64,000 nucleotides of DNA from a virus. The position numbers and the translations under genes are program-made. The stretch spans positions 1 through 64,000 of IMG/VR virus record IMGVR_UViG_3300036828_000363. One strand, written 5' to 3'. Shown in pieces: positions 47,577 through 58,936 of this stretch (within the stretch, counting starts at the first letter, position 1; every line of letters starts with the position of its first letter). Below the pieces are notes generated by a model that was given only the letters and a program-made list of their open reading frames with translations, made no database searches and had not been told where the DNA came from.

Positions 47577-48482
47577 ATGGACAATTCGCCTCAAGAAACA
47601 AGATTTATTCCTCGTCGTGTCCCATTAGTCTTCTCGACTGAAAAACCAGTTACACCTCAAAAACAAGAGAAGTTCAAAAAATCCCGTCAAAATAGCATTA
47701 AGAAGGCGAGCGAGAAAAAGAGAGAAGCACGGAAAAAGCAAGAAATTTCAAATCAGTTTCTCTCAGTAGGTCAGGTTACCCAGTCCGGGAAGCTCACAGT
47801 TAGGCAATCTCTATTTGTCAGATACTTAGTTGAAGACCCCAAGTTTTCAGCTACAGCTGCAGCAGAAAAAGTTGGCTATGCCAATCCAGCCGCAGTAGGT
47901 TCGAATCTACTTAAGCATCCCATAGTATCAGCAGAGATAAAACGCTTACTTAAGATCACCTCAAGGCATCTTGAAATCTCCGCTGAGAAAACCCTTTCAG
48001 AGATTGCTAATATCGCTTATTCCAATGTCTATGATTACCTTTCGGTTAACCCAGATGGATCATGGACATTTGACCTGAAGAACATAAATCGTAATCAGGC
48101 ATCGGCTATTCAGGAGATAGTTACAGAGGAAGAGATACTCCGGGAACCCGTTACGATTGATGGAGTTAAACGATATACGAAGGTGCGCCGAACCAAGTTT
48201 AAACTCCATGACAAGCTGTCCGCGCTCAATACGTTGACTAAGTTCCAGCAACTCATGCCAAAAGAGGAACCTGAGTCTACCACCAACGTTACTATTAATG
48301 TACTAGACGCGATTATCAATGGCACAATCGGGAGCATGAATGTCCAACAGTTGACAGAGGGAAGCGATCATCCAGCAAGGAAGTTGCCTAATGGTTTTGG
48401 TGCTCAAGCTCAGGCAGCTAGAAGAGCGATAGTTAATGGAAGCAATGGTAATCCTCAGACTATCGAAGGTAGCTTACCATGA
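47577..48482 (+). CDS. terminase small subunit
   Basis: LTVRQSLFV.Y......ATAAAEKVGY.......LLK.P.V...I; KLHDKLSAL..L. Confidence 0.8.
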   Translation: MDNSPQETRFIPRRVPLVFSTEKPVTPQKQEKFKKSRQNSIKKASEKKREARKKQEISNQFLSVGQVTQSGKLTVRQSLFVRYLVEDPKFSATAAAEKVGYANPAAVGSNLLKHPIVSAEIKRLLKITSRHLEISAEKTLSEIANIAYSNVYDYLSVNPDGSWTFDLKNINRNQASAIQEIVTEEEILREPVTIDGVKRYTKVRRTKFKLHDKLSALNTLTKFQQLMPKEEPESTTNVTINVLDAIINGTIGSMNVQQLTEGSDHPARKLPNGFGAQAQAARRAIVNGSNGNPQTIEGSLP

Positions 48483-48541
48483 GCGTGACTTGTAAATTAA
48501 ATGGCTATCATATTTTCGGTTTTACCCGGATAACCTCAATC

Positions 48542-48671
48542 TTCCACGGGGGGAAAATCAACGAAACGACAAATTTCCGAAATTTTGGACTGCTTATTAA
48601 CTTTTTGGAGTAAGCAGTCATTTTTCGGACGATTTTCCAGATCAGAAACGGAAATTTTCCCCCCGGTGGAA
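48542..48671. repeat. nested inverted repeat (about 130 bp)
   Basis: TTCCAC-GGGGGGAAAAT / ATTTTCCCCCC-G-GTGGAA enclosing GACTGCTTA / TAAGCAGTC. Confidence 0.7.
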
Positions 48672-48704
48672 CTTTAACTTCGAAGTGATTTTTCGGAATT
48701 TATC

Positions 48705-48998
48705 ATGAGCAACGATGTAGTACTAAAAAGGCGACCACTATGGAAACGAATACTTTCCATGCCCAGAATATTCCGGATGCACTACAGAGAATTTCGTCGC
48801 TATGGAAATGGAAGATGGGAAGCAGTAAAGATTGCGCGTAGACTAGCGTTCGACATACTGAAAGTTCCTAAGCCGTCTACTATTCCAGCAAAAGAAGTTG
48901 CTCAGATGAATGCAATAAGTTCTGGTGCAATGCAACAAGTACCGAAACCTAATGGTCTCGATACAGAACATTTAAAATCGAGGAGTAACGTCACGTAG
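48705..48998 (+). CDS. hypothetical protein
   Basis: 97-aa ORF. Confidence 0.4.
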   Translation: MSNDVVLKRRPLWKRILSMPRIFRMHYREFRRYGNGRWEAVKIARRLAFDILKVPKPSTIPAKEVAQMNAISSGAMQQVPKPNGLDTEHLKSRSNVT

Positions 48999-49113
48999 AG
49001 TCGTGGTTGTTGGTGATTGCTTGTCTCTCTGACGCGTTTGTAGGTATCGGGACATTAGGTAACATGGGGAAATTGACCACGATGAAGTAAAGGAAAAGAA
49101 AAGGAGAAAAAAG

Positions 49114-49737
49114 ATGCAACCATTCTTAGCCTTGATAACTCCGATTGGTGGTGGTGGTGAGGGTGCTCATCCAGAACATCCGATTGCTTGGCCACCTTGG
49201 TGGCCCGGACACCCGGAACATCCAATTCCACCTACTGTCTGGCCTACGCCGCCACCTTCTGGTGGTGGTGGTGTGCCGCCTTATCCGTCTCATCCTATTT
49301 ACTATCCCGGCGCACGTCCGGAGCATCCAATCGCACAACCGCCGTGGTGGCCCGGTTTCCCTGCCCATCCAATTCCACCCGGCATCTGGCCAACACCGCC
49401 TGAAGGTGGTGGTGGTGGTGGAGAGCCACCGCTCGGTTTCTGGGGCGGCTCATCTCCTTGGCCGGGGTATGCAACTCCGCCAATCTTTATTCCAATGCCA
49501 AATCCGCCTTGGTATCCCGGACATCCGGAACATCCAATCCCGCCAACCGTTTGGCCTAATCCCCCAGAGGGTGGCACACCGCCAGATGGTGGTGGCACAC
49601 CTACAAGACCCCTCTTTGAGTGGAAAGTTGGATGGACTCCAGCTACTGGCTGGGTTGTTGTTGCAGTTCCGAAGTTTGACGTTCCGACTCCGTCGAAACC
49701 CGCCGCGGCTGGCGAAGAAGAAGAAGCAGCAAGGTAA
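49114..49737 (+). CDS. Pro/Gly/Trp-rich repeat protein (PxHPI repeats)
   Basis: AAGGAG RBS; six P[ESA]HPI repeats; terminator-like hairpin after the stop. Confidence 0.7.
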   Translation: MQPFLALITPIGGGGEGAHPEHPIAWPPWWPGHPEHPIPPTVWPTPPPSGGGGVPPYPSHPIYYPGARPEHPIAQPPWWPGFPAHPIPPGIWPTPPEGGGGGGEPPLGFWGGSSPWPGYATPPIFIPMPNPPWYPGHPEHPIPPTVWPNPPEGGTPPDGGGTPTRPLFEWKVGWTPATGWVVVAVPKFDVPTPSKPAAAGEEEEAAR

Positions 49738-49891
49738 GTCTATCGGGACGCGCCAGACTATCGGCGCGTCTTTATTTTAAATTTTTTTGGGAAAGTAAGC
49801 AGGTAAGATTAATACTGGAATAAAACTACTGCGTAGTTTTACACTTTTTTTCGGGACTTGTCAAGAGAAAAATGTAAGATAGTTTAACGTC

Positions 49892-51658
49892 ATGAGCATA
49901 CTTGAGAACTACATCCGAGCCGGAGCTTCAATGAATGGTGGAGACACTGGTAATGCTCATCCCGACCATCAACACTTCGATGAATGCGCGCCTGATACAG
50001 AACAACAGTTTCATGAAGCTGCAAGCGCGTCTACTGATCAGGAGCACGAGAACGCGGCAAGCTATCATGACAGGGAAGCGAATATGTATGCGATTCGTCC
50101 CGGACTTAGTGCCGCAGAAAGACAAAGACAAAACGCTCATGAGAACGCGGCAGCACTTCATAGGCGTGTTATCACAGAAGGCACAAAGTATCCTCAGCTT
50201 AGACCGGGACTATCTAGTGACGCGAATAGTGCTTCTTTAGGAGTTCATGCTTTCCTAGTTAAACCTAAAGTGGAACCAACACAACTAAAACCCAGCGTGG
50301 TAGATAAGGCAGAGAAGGGGGAACGGAAAATGTCAAGTTTCGTTGAGCAATTCGTTAAATACTCTGGTGGCAATGCAAAAAAGTATGCGCCCGATCAACC
50401 CCGTACCGACGCTGGAAGCTTCCAAGCAGATCAAGTCGCGGCAGAGAATGCTCAGACAATCGATGCTCATAAGCGAGCGGGAAAATATCATCGAAGAGTA
50501 GGCGCGACACTTCAGACAGAAGGACATGAAGCTGACGCGCAACAACACTTCAACGCAGCACACGCGCATGAAAGAGCAGTATCACTTGGTTCGGAAGGCG
50601 CGCAACCGCCTTCTTCACTCGCTCGACAAGCAAGTGCATCTGCTCATGGTAAGAAACCTACTCAAACATTCATGCAACAATGTTCAACGCCAGAAGTAAG
50701 TCTGGTGAAAGACTTCGTGAATGGCGAGAGGACTAATCCATCGATTCCTTACAAGTCAGATGTTGAGCGATTCGTTCGAGCGGACAATATTCCTGCTGGA
50801 ATCTCAGTTGAGAACATCGGAACTGGAATGTCGAAGGGTGGCCCCGGTTCCGGTAGATATCCTGCTGGAAGTGGTGGTAGTTCATCAGCGGGAGAAGCTG
50901 CGAGAGAACGAGTGATTCATAACGCCTTGGGCGCAGATAGCGCCAAAGCACATGCTGATGCCGCGCAACACCATCAGATCATGGCACGTGGTTCGCGGCA
51001 AATCGCAGAACGTACTGGGATGAAAGCATACAATGACGCGGCTGATGCTCATCAAAATGCAGCCGATCTTCATGCCGCTGCCTACAAGGCACATTTAAAA
51101 ACTGGAGCGGACACGCCTTCAAAAGATGAACTTGGTTCGATGAGTGAGAAGGCACGTGTCGCGTCAAGAGTCGCGCATGATTCATCATGGGATGCCCGCG
51201 ACAAAGAACAATCTTCGCTCAAAGTGCAAACAGACAACCTCGACAAAGGTGGCCCCGGAAGTGGACGATATCCTGCCGGAAGTGGTGGTAACTCTGAAAG
51301 CTCCGGAGATACCAAGCATGATTACTATGGTGAGCATGGTATCCATCTCACCATGACACGTGACCAAGCGGACAGTGTCAGTGGCAGCGGTAAGCAGGAT
51401 GAGAACGTTGCTGCGCTCGCGAGACATCCGGACATCAAACCGCAACTGGACAACATTGACCCGGAGAAACTCCGCTCCGAGTTGAAAGGTTATGGTGCTT
51501 GGGACAAGTCGGAACTCGCAGACCATGACCAAAACCTACATAGGATGCTTTGGCTCGCGGGTGGTCATATCAGTGATGAAGCAAAATCATCTGACAAAGC
51601 ACAAGATGCGACTACTCTCTACAAGGCATCGACTGGCAAGGAAGAATTGGTGAAGTGA
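49892..51658 (+). CDS. His/Ala-rich modular protein, probably virion-associated
   Basis: H..AA..H repeats; KYAPDQPR and two KGGPGSGRYPAGSGG motifs. Confidence 0.65.
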   Translation: MSILENYIRAGASMNGGDTGNAHPDHQHFDECAPDTEQQFHEAASASTDQEHENAASYHDREANMYAIRPGLSAAERQRQNAHENAAALHRRVITEGTKYPQLRPGLSSDANSASLGVHAFLVKPKVEPTQLKPSVVDKAEKGERKMSSFVEQFVKYSGGNAKKYAPDQPRTDAGSFQADQVAAENAQTIDAHKRAGKYHRRVGATLQTEGHEADAQQHFNAAHAHERAVSLGSEGAQPPSSLARQASASAHGKKPTQTFMQQCSTPEVSLVKDFVNGERTNPSIPYKSDVERFVRADNIPAGISVENIGTGMSKGGPGSGRYPAGSGGSSSAGEAARERVIHNALGADSAKAHADAAQHHQIMARGSRQIAERTGMKAYNDAADAHQNAADLHAAAYKAHLKTGADTPSKDELGSMSEKARVASRVAHDSSWDARDKEQSSLKVQTDNLDKGGPGSGRYPAGSGGNSESSGDTKHDYYGEHGIHLTMTRDQADSVSGSGKQDENVAALARHPDIKPQLDNIDPEKLRSELKGYGAWDKSELADHDQNLHRMLWLAGGHISDEAKSSDKAQDATTLYKASTGKEELVK

Positions 51659-51679
51659 TCGCATAGTTTCACATAGTAG

Positions 51680-51901
51680 GTGATCGCCATGAGAGCAATT
51701 GTTACCATAGCCGACCCGGATCAGATCAACTTCAATTCTATTCTCGCCCTGAAGTTGAATGAGTTTGAAGCGGTAACGCAAAGAGCACTAAATGTGTGGG
51801 GAATTCTAGCTTCACACGTTCGTGATGGTGGAACCATTATCTTGAGGGACAAGTATGGCTATCCAAGAGAGGTTCGACTTGAAGACTTAGCAAGGGATTA
51901 G
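51680..51901 (+). CDS. hypothetical protein
   Basis: 73-aa ORF. Confidence 0.4.
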   Translation: MIAMRAIVTIADPDQINFNSILALKLNEFEAVTQRALNVWGILASHVRDGGTIILRDKYGYPREVRLEDLARD

Positions 51902-52187
51902 TGAATACTAGCTTAGGTTATTGGGATTCTACCTGAGCTAGTTGATGCTGAGATAACTTCTGCACCACGGCAGAAGTAAGTCCGCATCAGGAAAGGGGGT
52001 TTGGACAAGACGACACACCTTGTTACAAACCCCTTTCTACTTTTGGAGAAGAAGAAAATGGAACAAACTGATATAGAAATTTTGATGAATGATGTCAGAC
52101 TTTCCCTCTTCCAGATTCTTGTAGAGATGTACAACGAAGTAAAGCGACAAGAAGCTGTGACCAACTTGTACGCCGAGGCATTGAGTA

Positions 52188-54095
52188 TTGGCTATAGGTG
52201 ATCAATACGTCAGAACGCAGTTAACACCAAACGGCGCGCCTATTCCTGCTCTAACCACGCCCATTGATCCCACCAAGATAACACCAGAACAAGCAGACAA
52301 AGTAAGAGAAACGCTTGTTGACTCAGTCCAGTTTAGTCGTGTGTGGCTAGATTCCGAACTATGGGAAAAGCAAGAAGAGATACTACGTTCCATCGACACG
52401 AATCGTAAGACTGCGGTACGCGCTTGTCACTCATCCGGAAAAACTTTTGTTGCTGCGCTTGCGACTCTTCACTTCTTAGCTAGATGGGAAGAAGCAATAG
52501 TAATCACTACTGCGCCTACGAAAAATCAAGTCGAAAAGTTACTTTGGGCAGAAATACATTCTGCGGTAGGCAGAAGTAAGTATCCGTTCCCCAAACCGAT
52601 TCTTACTCAGCTAAAGATAGGGCCGAAACGCTACGCCTTAGGATTCACCACTAACATTGAGCATCAGGACGAAGGCGTTAAGTTCCAAGGTTTCCACGCA
52701 AAGAACATATTAGTCATCCTTGATGAAGCACCCGGAGTCGCGACTAAGATATGGAAAGCGATTGAAGGGTTGATGGCATCAGGTAATGTAAGACTGCTTG
52801 CTATCGGTAATCCGACAATCGTAGGCGGAGACTTCTACAACGCGTTTCACTCTGATCGTGAATTCTGGGATGCAAAGCTTACCATCTCTGCGTTTGACAC
52901 GCCGAATCTATTAGGTATTACTCCTGCTCAACTAATCAAGATGACACCAGACGAGCTAGATTACTGTCCGGTGCCACATCTGATATCCAGACGTTGGGTG
53001 TATCAGATGATCAAATCGCTGGGGATGAGTAATCCGTTTGTTCAGTCAAGAGTGTTTGGCGAATTCCCGGAACAAGCTGAAGACTCGCTCATATTCTTGT
53101 CATGGTTAGATCAAGCATCGAATCGTGAAGTAGACAAGGACAAAGTCTGGGAGCAACTAAAAGCAGGGAAAATAAAGGCGAGTGCAGGTATTGATGTCGC
53201 TGGGCCGGGTGAGGACGAAACGACATTATGTATTCGAGCAGGAAACGATATCATGTTGTTGAAGGCGTGGCCTGATCCTGATCCACGTGGTGAACTGATA
53301 CAGGAATTGATGCCATTTAAACCGTACCTCGATAACGTCAATGTGGACTCAGCAGGAATTGGTTATTATCTAGCACGTCATCTTGAAGACGAAGGTTACC
53401 CGGTCTCAGATGTCAATGTAGGAGAATCGCCAGAAGACAAAGAGCATTTCTTTTTACTCAAGGCAGAATTGTACTGGGGACTTCGTCTACGCTTTGAAGA
53501 AGGCGACGTTAATGGATTGGATGACGATGTCGCGAAAGGCCAGTTGACTACAATACGTTGGAAGCCGAATCCACGTGGTCAAACAGTGATTGAGTCGAAG
53601 GCGGACGCGAAAGCACGTGGCATTAAATCTCCGGATAGAGCGGAAGGTGTAATGTTGGCATTTGCAAAAAGTGGTATGCATGGATTGATTGAGTTGTGGG
53701 GACAGGACGCAGAGAAGATTAAGGACGAAGAACAAAGACAGGAAGCGAGAATTAAAGAAGCACACTCTGCTATTCAACCTGAGCATAACTTAGACCCGAG
53801 TGAACGCAGCACGGAACTAGCTAATTTGCAAAAGAATGATGCTGGTGGCTGGATTGAAAAAATGGCAATAAGAGACAAAGAAGAAAGAGACAAAAACAAA
53901 GAAGCGTTACAAGCAAAGACTGGAATCAAATCTTTGGGCAAGGTGACTACGTCGAAAGAGCAACCTGATGTTTGTCCGAGATGTCCGAATAAGTTCCTGT
54001 CACAGTATGCAGACAACAGTTGGAAGTGTAACGCGTGTGGCGCGAGTGGTGTAGGCATGACTATTAAGGTTGGTAGCGATCTAATACCAATTTAG
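52188..54095 (+). CDS. terminase large subunit
   Basis: ACHSSGKT, TAPT..Q, ILDEA, GNP, GEFP, GIDVA..GED, D..GIG, SPDRAE. Confidence 0.9.
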   Translation: MAIGDQYVRTQLTPNGAPIPALTTPIDPTKITPEQADKVRETLVDSVQFSRVWLDSELWEKQEEILRSIDTNRKTAVRACHSSGKTFVAALATLHFLARWEEAIVITTAPTKNQVEKLLWAEIHSAVGRSKYPFPKPILTQLKIGPKRYALGFTTNIEHQDEGVKFQGFHAKNILVILDEAPGVATKIWKAIEGLMASGNVRLLAIGNPTIVGGDFYNAFHSDREFWDAKLTISAFDTPNLLGITPAQLIKMTPDELDYCPVPHLISRRWVYQMIKSLGMSNPFVQSRVFGEFPEQAEDSLIFLSWLDQASNREVDKDKVWEQLKAGKIKASAGIDVAGPGEDETTLCIRAGNDIMLLKAWPDPDPRGELIQELMPFKPYLDNVNVDSAGIGYYLARHLEDEGYPVSDVNVGESPEDKEHFFLLKAELYWGLRLRFEEGDVNGLDDDVAKGQLTTIRWKPNPRGQTVIESKADAKARGIKSPDRAEGVMLAFAKSGMHGLIELWGQDAEKIKDEEQRQEARIKEAHSAIQPEHNLDPSERSTELANLQKNDAGGWIEKMAIRDKEERDKNKEALQAKTGIKSLGKVTTSKEQPDVCPRCPNKFLSQYADNSWKCNACGASGVGMTIKVGSDLIPI

Positions 54096-54370
54096 TTTTA
54101 ATTCAAGTCGCTTATTATTGACTCTAAACTAGCGACTTAGGTTTGAAGTAATACGTCTATGTAGCAGATGTAAACCAGCTACTCTTAGAGTCTGCTGGTG
54201 ACTTCGTTTGTCGCCGAATGTAGGATTAGTGTCTAATACAATGAACGTACACATTGACCCAGTGCGTTTAGAGAGAATCATGCTTCTACTTGACGGAATA
54301 GAAAGCTATCTCATTAGACAACAGGTTCCCCCGGTTGAATGGGTTCGAGAAATCAAAGAGTTGATGACTG

Positions 54371-55674
54371 ATGCGACTTACTCTACTTGAACCCCGGTAT
54401 CTCAAAATTAGTTCTGATATAGGTATTAGCAGCGAGAATGTATCAAAAGAAGAATCAGATGGCATGTGGTTTTTCTGTCCGGTGTGTTACCTGAAAAATA
54501 GAGGGCCGGAAGGAACCCATATGATTATCGTATGGCGACCAAAGATTCAACCCGCGTCAAATCGTTCCGGCCCCGGTAGATGGGAACTGAGGGGCAATGG
54601 CTTTGAAGACATGACTTTGATAGGCAGTGACTCGAATTCAATTATGTGTAAGGGTGGCTGCAACGCGCACTTTAGCATCGTTGATGGTGAGGTGATCATT
54701 CATGACTGAAGCTAAGAGAAAAAAGAAGTCTGAGCTTATGATGATTCTCAATCGTATGTCCATCGAGCGACGTTTTGGCTTCGAGTTTGAATTTCCTAAG
54801 GAGTGGAGAGCGTCACAGAAACCAATTGAGGAATTGACTACCGGAGAAATGCAACAGCTCATCGATGAAGGAAGACGCCAACTAAAATTAGTTGATGTGG
54901 AAGACGAAGAATTGAAATGTCAGTCTGTAAACTAAGGCATCGGGACATCAGACGTTGGGATACAACGGGTAGCTATCCAAACTGTCTTCACCACCATCAT
55001 TGCAATCGTAATGAAGCAGATCAACTAGTCAGGAGTAATGACGCCTTTCCTATCGCGGGTAAATCTGCAATTGTGTTGTTTGATTCTAATTTCTACCAGT
55101 GGGCGAAGGTAGTAGATATAACTGGCATATCTGTATTACAAATGGTGCCTATAACGGATTAATCATGATTCCCCCTTCAAGATACGATTACGAAGCAATG
55201 TCAATACCGTTTATAATTCGTGTGAAAGATCGTGTGAAAGAATGGCGCGAGAAGACGTGGGAATATATCTGGCCTGTCTTAATATTTCTGCTTAGTCCAT
55301 TTTTGTGGATCGCTCGTTTATTTCTTTCTATCTACGTTCGAGTCTATATCCGCTTTTTTGCGATTCGTAGAGCGTCGGATAGAGCGACATGTCCCGCGTG
55401 TGGTATTCGTATGCCCCACAAGATGGCATACGATGGATTGTTTGAGCGATTGATCCATACATGTGCTAGATGTAATGCAGATTGGCCCGAAGCACCAGTA
55501 CTACCCGCAGACAAGTGGAGAGTCGCTCGTCCAGATTCGTTAATTCAAGCTCGTAGGCCAGATGTCCCAGAAATACCTTGGGGCACTAGTTCCCCAGAAC
55601 CAGTTTCGATGACTACAACAAATGGTAGCTCGACAAATGGTACAGTGCCAAAGGTGGAAATTAAAGTCAACTAG
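54371..55674 (+). other. four short hypothetical ORFs (54371-54709, 54702-54935, 54917-55162, 55099-55674)
   Basis: operon packing; Cys motifs in several. Confidence 0.45.
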
Positions 55675-55698
55675 AAGTGAAGAAGTAAAGGAGATTAC

Positions 55699-55951
55699 TA
55701 TGCCCGTTCTCGTTAACTTGCTGATTTACTTTGTGATTGCGGTGATCATCTTCGCCGTGGCTTTCTACTGCCTGCGTTTGCTGCCAGCAGAAGTTCAAAA
55801 CATAGGTCGCATTGTTCTGTATGTAGTCGCGGCGATAGTCGTGATCATACTTCTTTTGCAACTTGTGAATGGTGGCGGTGGTGCTTTGGGTGGTGCCCAC
55901 CGAAAATTAGGACTAGTTTTAGAGTCGTGTGCTACGTTACCTCTCACTTAG
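55699..55951 (+). CDS. small two-TM membrane protein
   Basis: GGAG RBS; two hydrophobic helices. Confidence 0.6.
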
Positions 55952-56044
55952 GATTGCCATGGACGTAGCATCGATAAAGGGTGGGATAATCGGCATGGGA
56001 AAAGGCCTCTCACCCTTTCTTCTTTTCAAAAGAATTGAGACCAT

Positions 56045-58936
56045 ATGGGCAAGAGTAATTTCAAAGACGCAGTCAAACAGCGACTGACTCCACAGGTACG
56101 CAGTCTGGGCGCTGCTCCCCCCGTAAGTGTACCTGCGAGCGCGCAACTCCTCGGGTTAGGGGAGATACTTGCGCCGGGCGGTAGCCAGACGGTTGAAGAT
56201 ATTGCGAATGAGTACTGGTTCTCCGCGCTTCAACCTATTAGGCCAATGGCGCCTACTAGCTACCGCCCAAGACAACGAGCGTTTACTCCCGGTGAAAATA
56301 TCATTTGGACTCCGGGTGATGACAAAGGCGGAATTGACTACGACATTCTCAGAGTGCTCGCGGATTCTTGGGATATACTTCGCCTAGTTATCGAGACGCG
56401 TAAAGATCAGCTAGCTCGTGCTCCTTGGGAGATTCGTCTAAAGACTAAACCCGGAGATATGAAGGCAGACATAGAGAAAGCCGCTCAGACTGACAAAAAC
56501 ATTATAGCGTTGTCTCAATTCTTCGCGTGCCCAGATGGTTACCACAACTATAGACAGTGGCAAAGAATGTGGATGGAAGATAGCTTTGTGATTGACGCAG
56601 TCGCGCTATATCTTGAACGGGATAAAAGCAAAAAGATTGCTTCAGTCCATCCATTGGATGGTGGAACCATCAATCGTATCATTACCGATCAAGGTTTCAC
56701 ACCACCAGCACCAGATGTAGCATATCAGCAAGTCGTCTATGGCACGCCTGCATGTAATCTGTCTACAGATGACATGTTATATGTCATGCACAATGAGCGG
56801 ACTCATCGTAGATATGGTTACAGCCCAGTTGAGCAGATACTTATTACCATTGGTCTCGCGTTAAAGAGGCAAGAGTTTCTAACCAAGTATTACACGGATG
56901 GCAATATACCAGAGGCGTTGTGTTTTCTTCCTGCATCTCTTAATCCGAACCGCATTCGTGAGATTCAAGAATGGTTCGATTCCATCATGGTTGGTGACAT
57001 AGCGAAGCGTAGGCGGTTAACCTTCCTTCCCGGCTACGGTTCAGGACTACATGACGCTCATCCTAACCTAGTCTTCTCAAAAGAGACTTTGCTTAAAGAC
57101 CCGATGGATGAGTGGCTAGCTCAGATAGTTTGCTACGCGTTTTCTGTATCGGCACAAGCGTTCCAGAAAATGATGAATAGAGCAACTGCTCAAGTCGCGT
57201 CAGACAGCGCGTCAGAAGAAGGATTGGAACCCGCTTTAAACTTTGTCGCGGACGTTAACAACGACATCATTGCGAAAATGGGATTAGGGGATAAGTATGA
57301 GTTTGCCTACAAAGACAAACGGGAGACTGATCCACTAAAGCAAGCACAGATCGATGGACTGCTAACTGGAAAGATCAACACCATAAACGAAACCAGAAAA
57401 AGACGTGGTGATGATCCATACAACAGTCCAAACGCGGATAAGCTCGGGGTGTTTGGAGTCAATGGTTTTATCCCATTAGATACTCCGCCACCACAACCAC
57501 AACCGGGAGTGCCCGGTTCGTCTCCATTTGGTGGTCAACCGGGTAAACCCGGTGATCAACAACAAGAACAACAAGGTAAACAAGGTTCTGCGCCAAACCA
57601 ACAAGGGGCTGGCTCAGATAAGGGGAAGAATCCAAAAGCGATATCCGGCGCAGATGGTTCTTCCCCTAAACAGCCCCAGAACGGTAAGCAGAAACAACCG
57701 CCACAACTTCAAGCTCCGGGGAAGAAACAACAGACGCCCGGTGCAAATGTCAATGTAAATGTCAACGTTAAACATAAGCAGGAGAAAGTAGAAGGTATCG
57801 AACTATTCTCTGCATTCTCTGGTGCCTATGAACCACTGATGAAATACTCCGAAGATGAAGCACGCGATGAACATGGCATGTGGACATCAGATGGTAGTAG
57901 TGGTGGAAGCAGTGAAGGTGAAGGTTCTTACGCCGCGTCTTACCATAATGAAGCAGACTTTCAATCGACTGAACCCGGTTCGCGTAGCAATCCAATCGCG
58001 TGTGGCGATGACATAGGAAAAGCGCAGCAGCTTATATCTGAAGGTAAACACGTCACCCTGAATCAACCAGATCAAATAGCGTCATTGGTTGAGAAGATGA
58101 AAACAGAAGGTGATGCTGCAAAAGCCGCAGGTAAGCCAGTTCCTAACTGGAATATAGCAGACGTTTCAGTTCCGGGAACCAACCTATTCGCGCAAGAAAA
58201 CTTGGGGATTCCAAGAGTCAACATGCCTCAGTTTTCGGGACTCGCAGAACCCGGTTCACGTGCTGCGGCGCTTTTGCCTAAAGGCGCGGATATAAAGACT
58301 GCTCAAATTGATGTATCCTCTCAGTTCATCAAGTCGCTTGAAGATGAAGGAATCAAGTCCACTGATGAAACCGTGCTTGCGTCTCATCTTAGAGCGACAC
58401 AAGGAGAATTGGATGGTTGGAAGGTTGGTTCAATTGCAGCTAGGATACAAGCAGGTCAACTACCAGAAGCACCTATCTTCGTAACCAAAGACAATTACAT
58501 TCTTGATGGGCATCATAGGTGGGCTGCAATCATTGTCAATGACGTAAGGTCAAAATTTGGCACTACGACTATGCCAGTCCATCGCTTAAACATTGACATA
58601 GGTACTGCGCTAACTAAGTCGATGGACTTTCAGAAGGAATGGGGAATTGGTGCTAAAGGAATGGGACAGGTGATGAAGCGGTACGTTCTACAGAGTGATG
58701 GATCAGTCTTAGTAGAAGACTTCAGCACGAGGCACATGACCAAAATTATTCGGGTGAACGGCAACATGGAAAAAGGAAAATTTGTTCATCCTGAGTTAGG
58801 TGACCTAGCTAACTTTGAAAAGTTTTGTGCCTATGACCCGGAGACAGGAACGATTTACATTCGAGGCGATGTTGATGAGAGAATTGCTTTCTCTCAACTA
58901 AAAACCGCTTATCCTCAATTGAATATTGAACTATGA
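56045..58936 (+). CDS. portal protein with Gln/Pro-rich linker and C-terminal ParB-like domain
   Basis: YGYSPVEQI, YYTDGNIP, NRATA, TINE.R; then KYSEDEARDEHGMWT and IFVTKDNYILDGHHRWAA. Confidence 0.85.
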   Translation: MGKSNFKDAVKQRLTPQVRSLGAAPPVSVPASAQLLGLGEILAPGGSQTVEDIANEYWFSALQPIRPMAPTSYRPRQRAFTPGENIIWTPGDDKGGIDYDILRVLADSWDILRLVIETRKDQLARAPWEIRLKTKPGDMKADIEKAAQTDKNIIALSQFFACPDGYHNYRQWQRMWMEDSFVIDAVALYLERDKSKKIASVHPLDGGTINRIITDQGFTPPAPDVAYQQVVYGTPACNLSTDDMLYVMHNERTHRRYGYSPVEQILITIGLALKRQEFLTKYYTDGNIPEALCFLPASLNPNRIREIQEWFDSIMVGDIAKRRRLTFLPGYGSGLHDAHPNLVFSKETLLKDPMDEWLAQIVCYAFSVSAQAFQKMMNRATAQVASDSASEEGLEPALNFVADVNNDIIAKMGLGDKYEFAYKDKRETDPLKQAQIDGLLTGKINTINETRKRRGDDPYNSPNADKLGVFGVNGFIPLDTPPPQPQPGVPGSSPFGGQPGKPGDQQQEQQGKQGSAPNQQGAGSDKGKNPKAISGADGSSPKQPQNGKQKQPPQLQAPGKKQQTPGANVNVNVNVKHKQEKVEGIELFSAFSGAYEPLMKYSEDEARDEHGMWTSDGSSGGSSEGEGSYAASYHNEADFQSTEPGSRSNPIACGDDIGKAQQLISEGKHVTLNQPDQIASLVEKMKTEGDAAKAAGKPVPNWNIADVSVPGTNLFAQENLGIPRVNMPQFSGLAEPGSRAAALLPKGADIKTAQIDVSSQFIKSLEDEGIKSTDETVLASHLRATQGELDGWKVGSIAARIQAGQLPEAPIFVTKDNYILDGHHRWAAIIVNDVRSKFGTTTMPVHRLNIDIGTALTKSMDFQKEWGIGAKGMGQVMKRYVLQSDGSVLVEDFSTRHMTKIIRVNGNMEKGKFVHPELGDLANFEKFCAYDPETGTIYIRGDVDERIAFSQLKTAYPQLNIEL

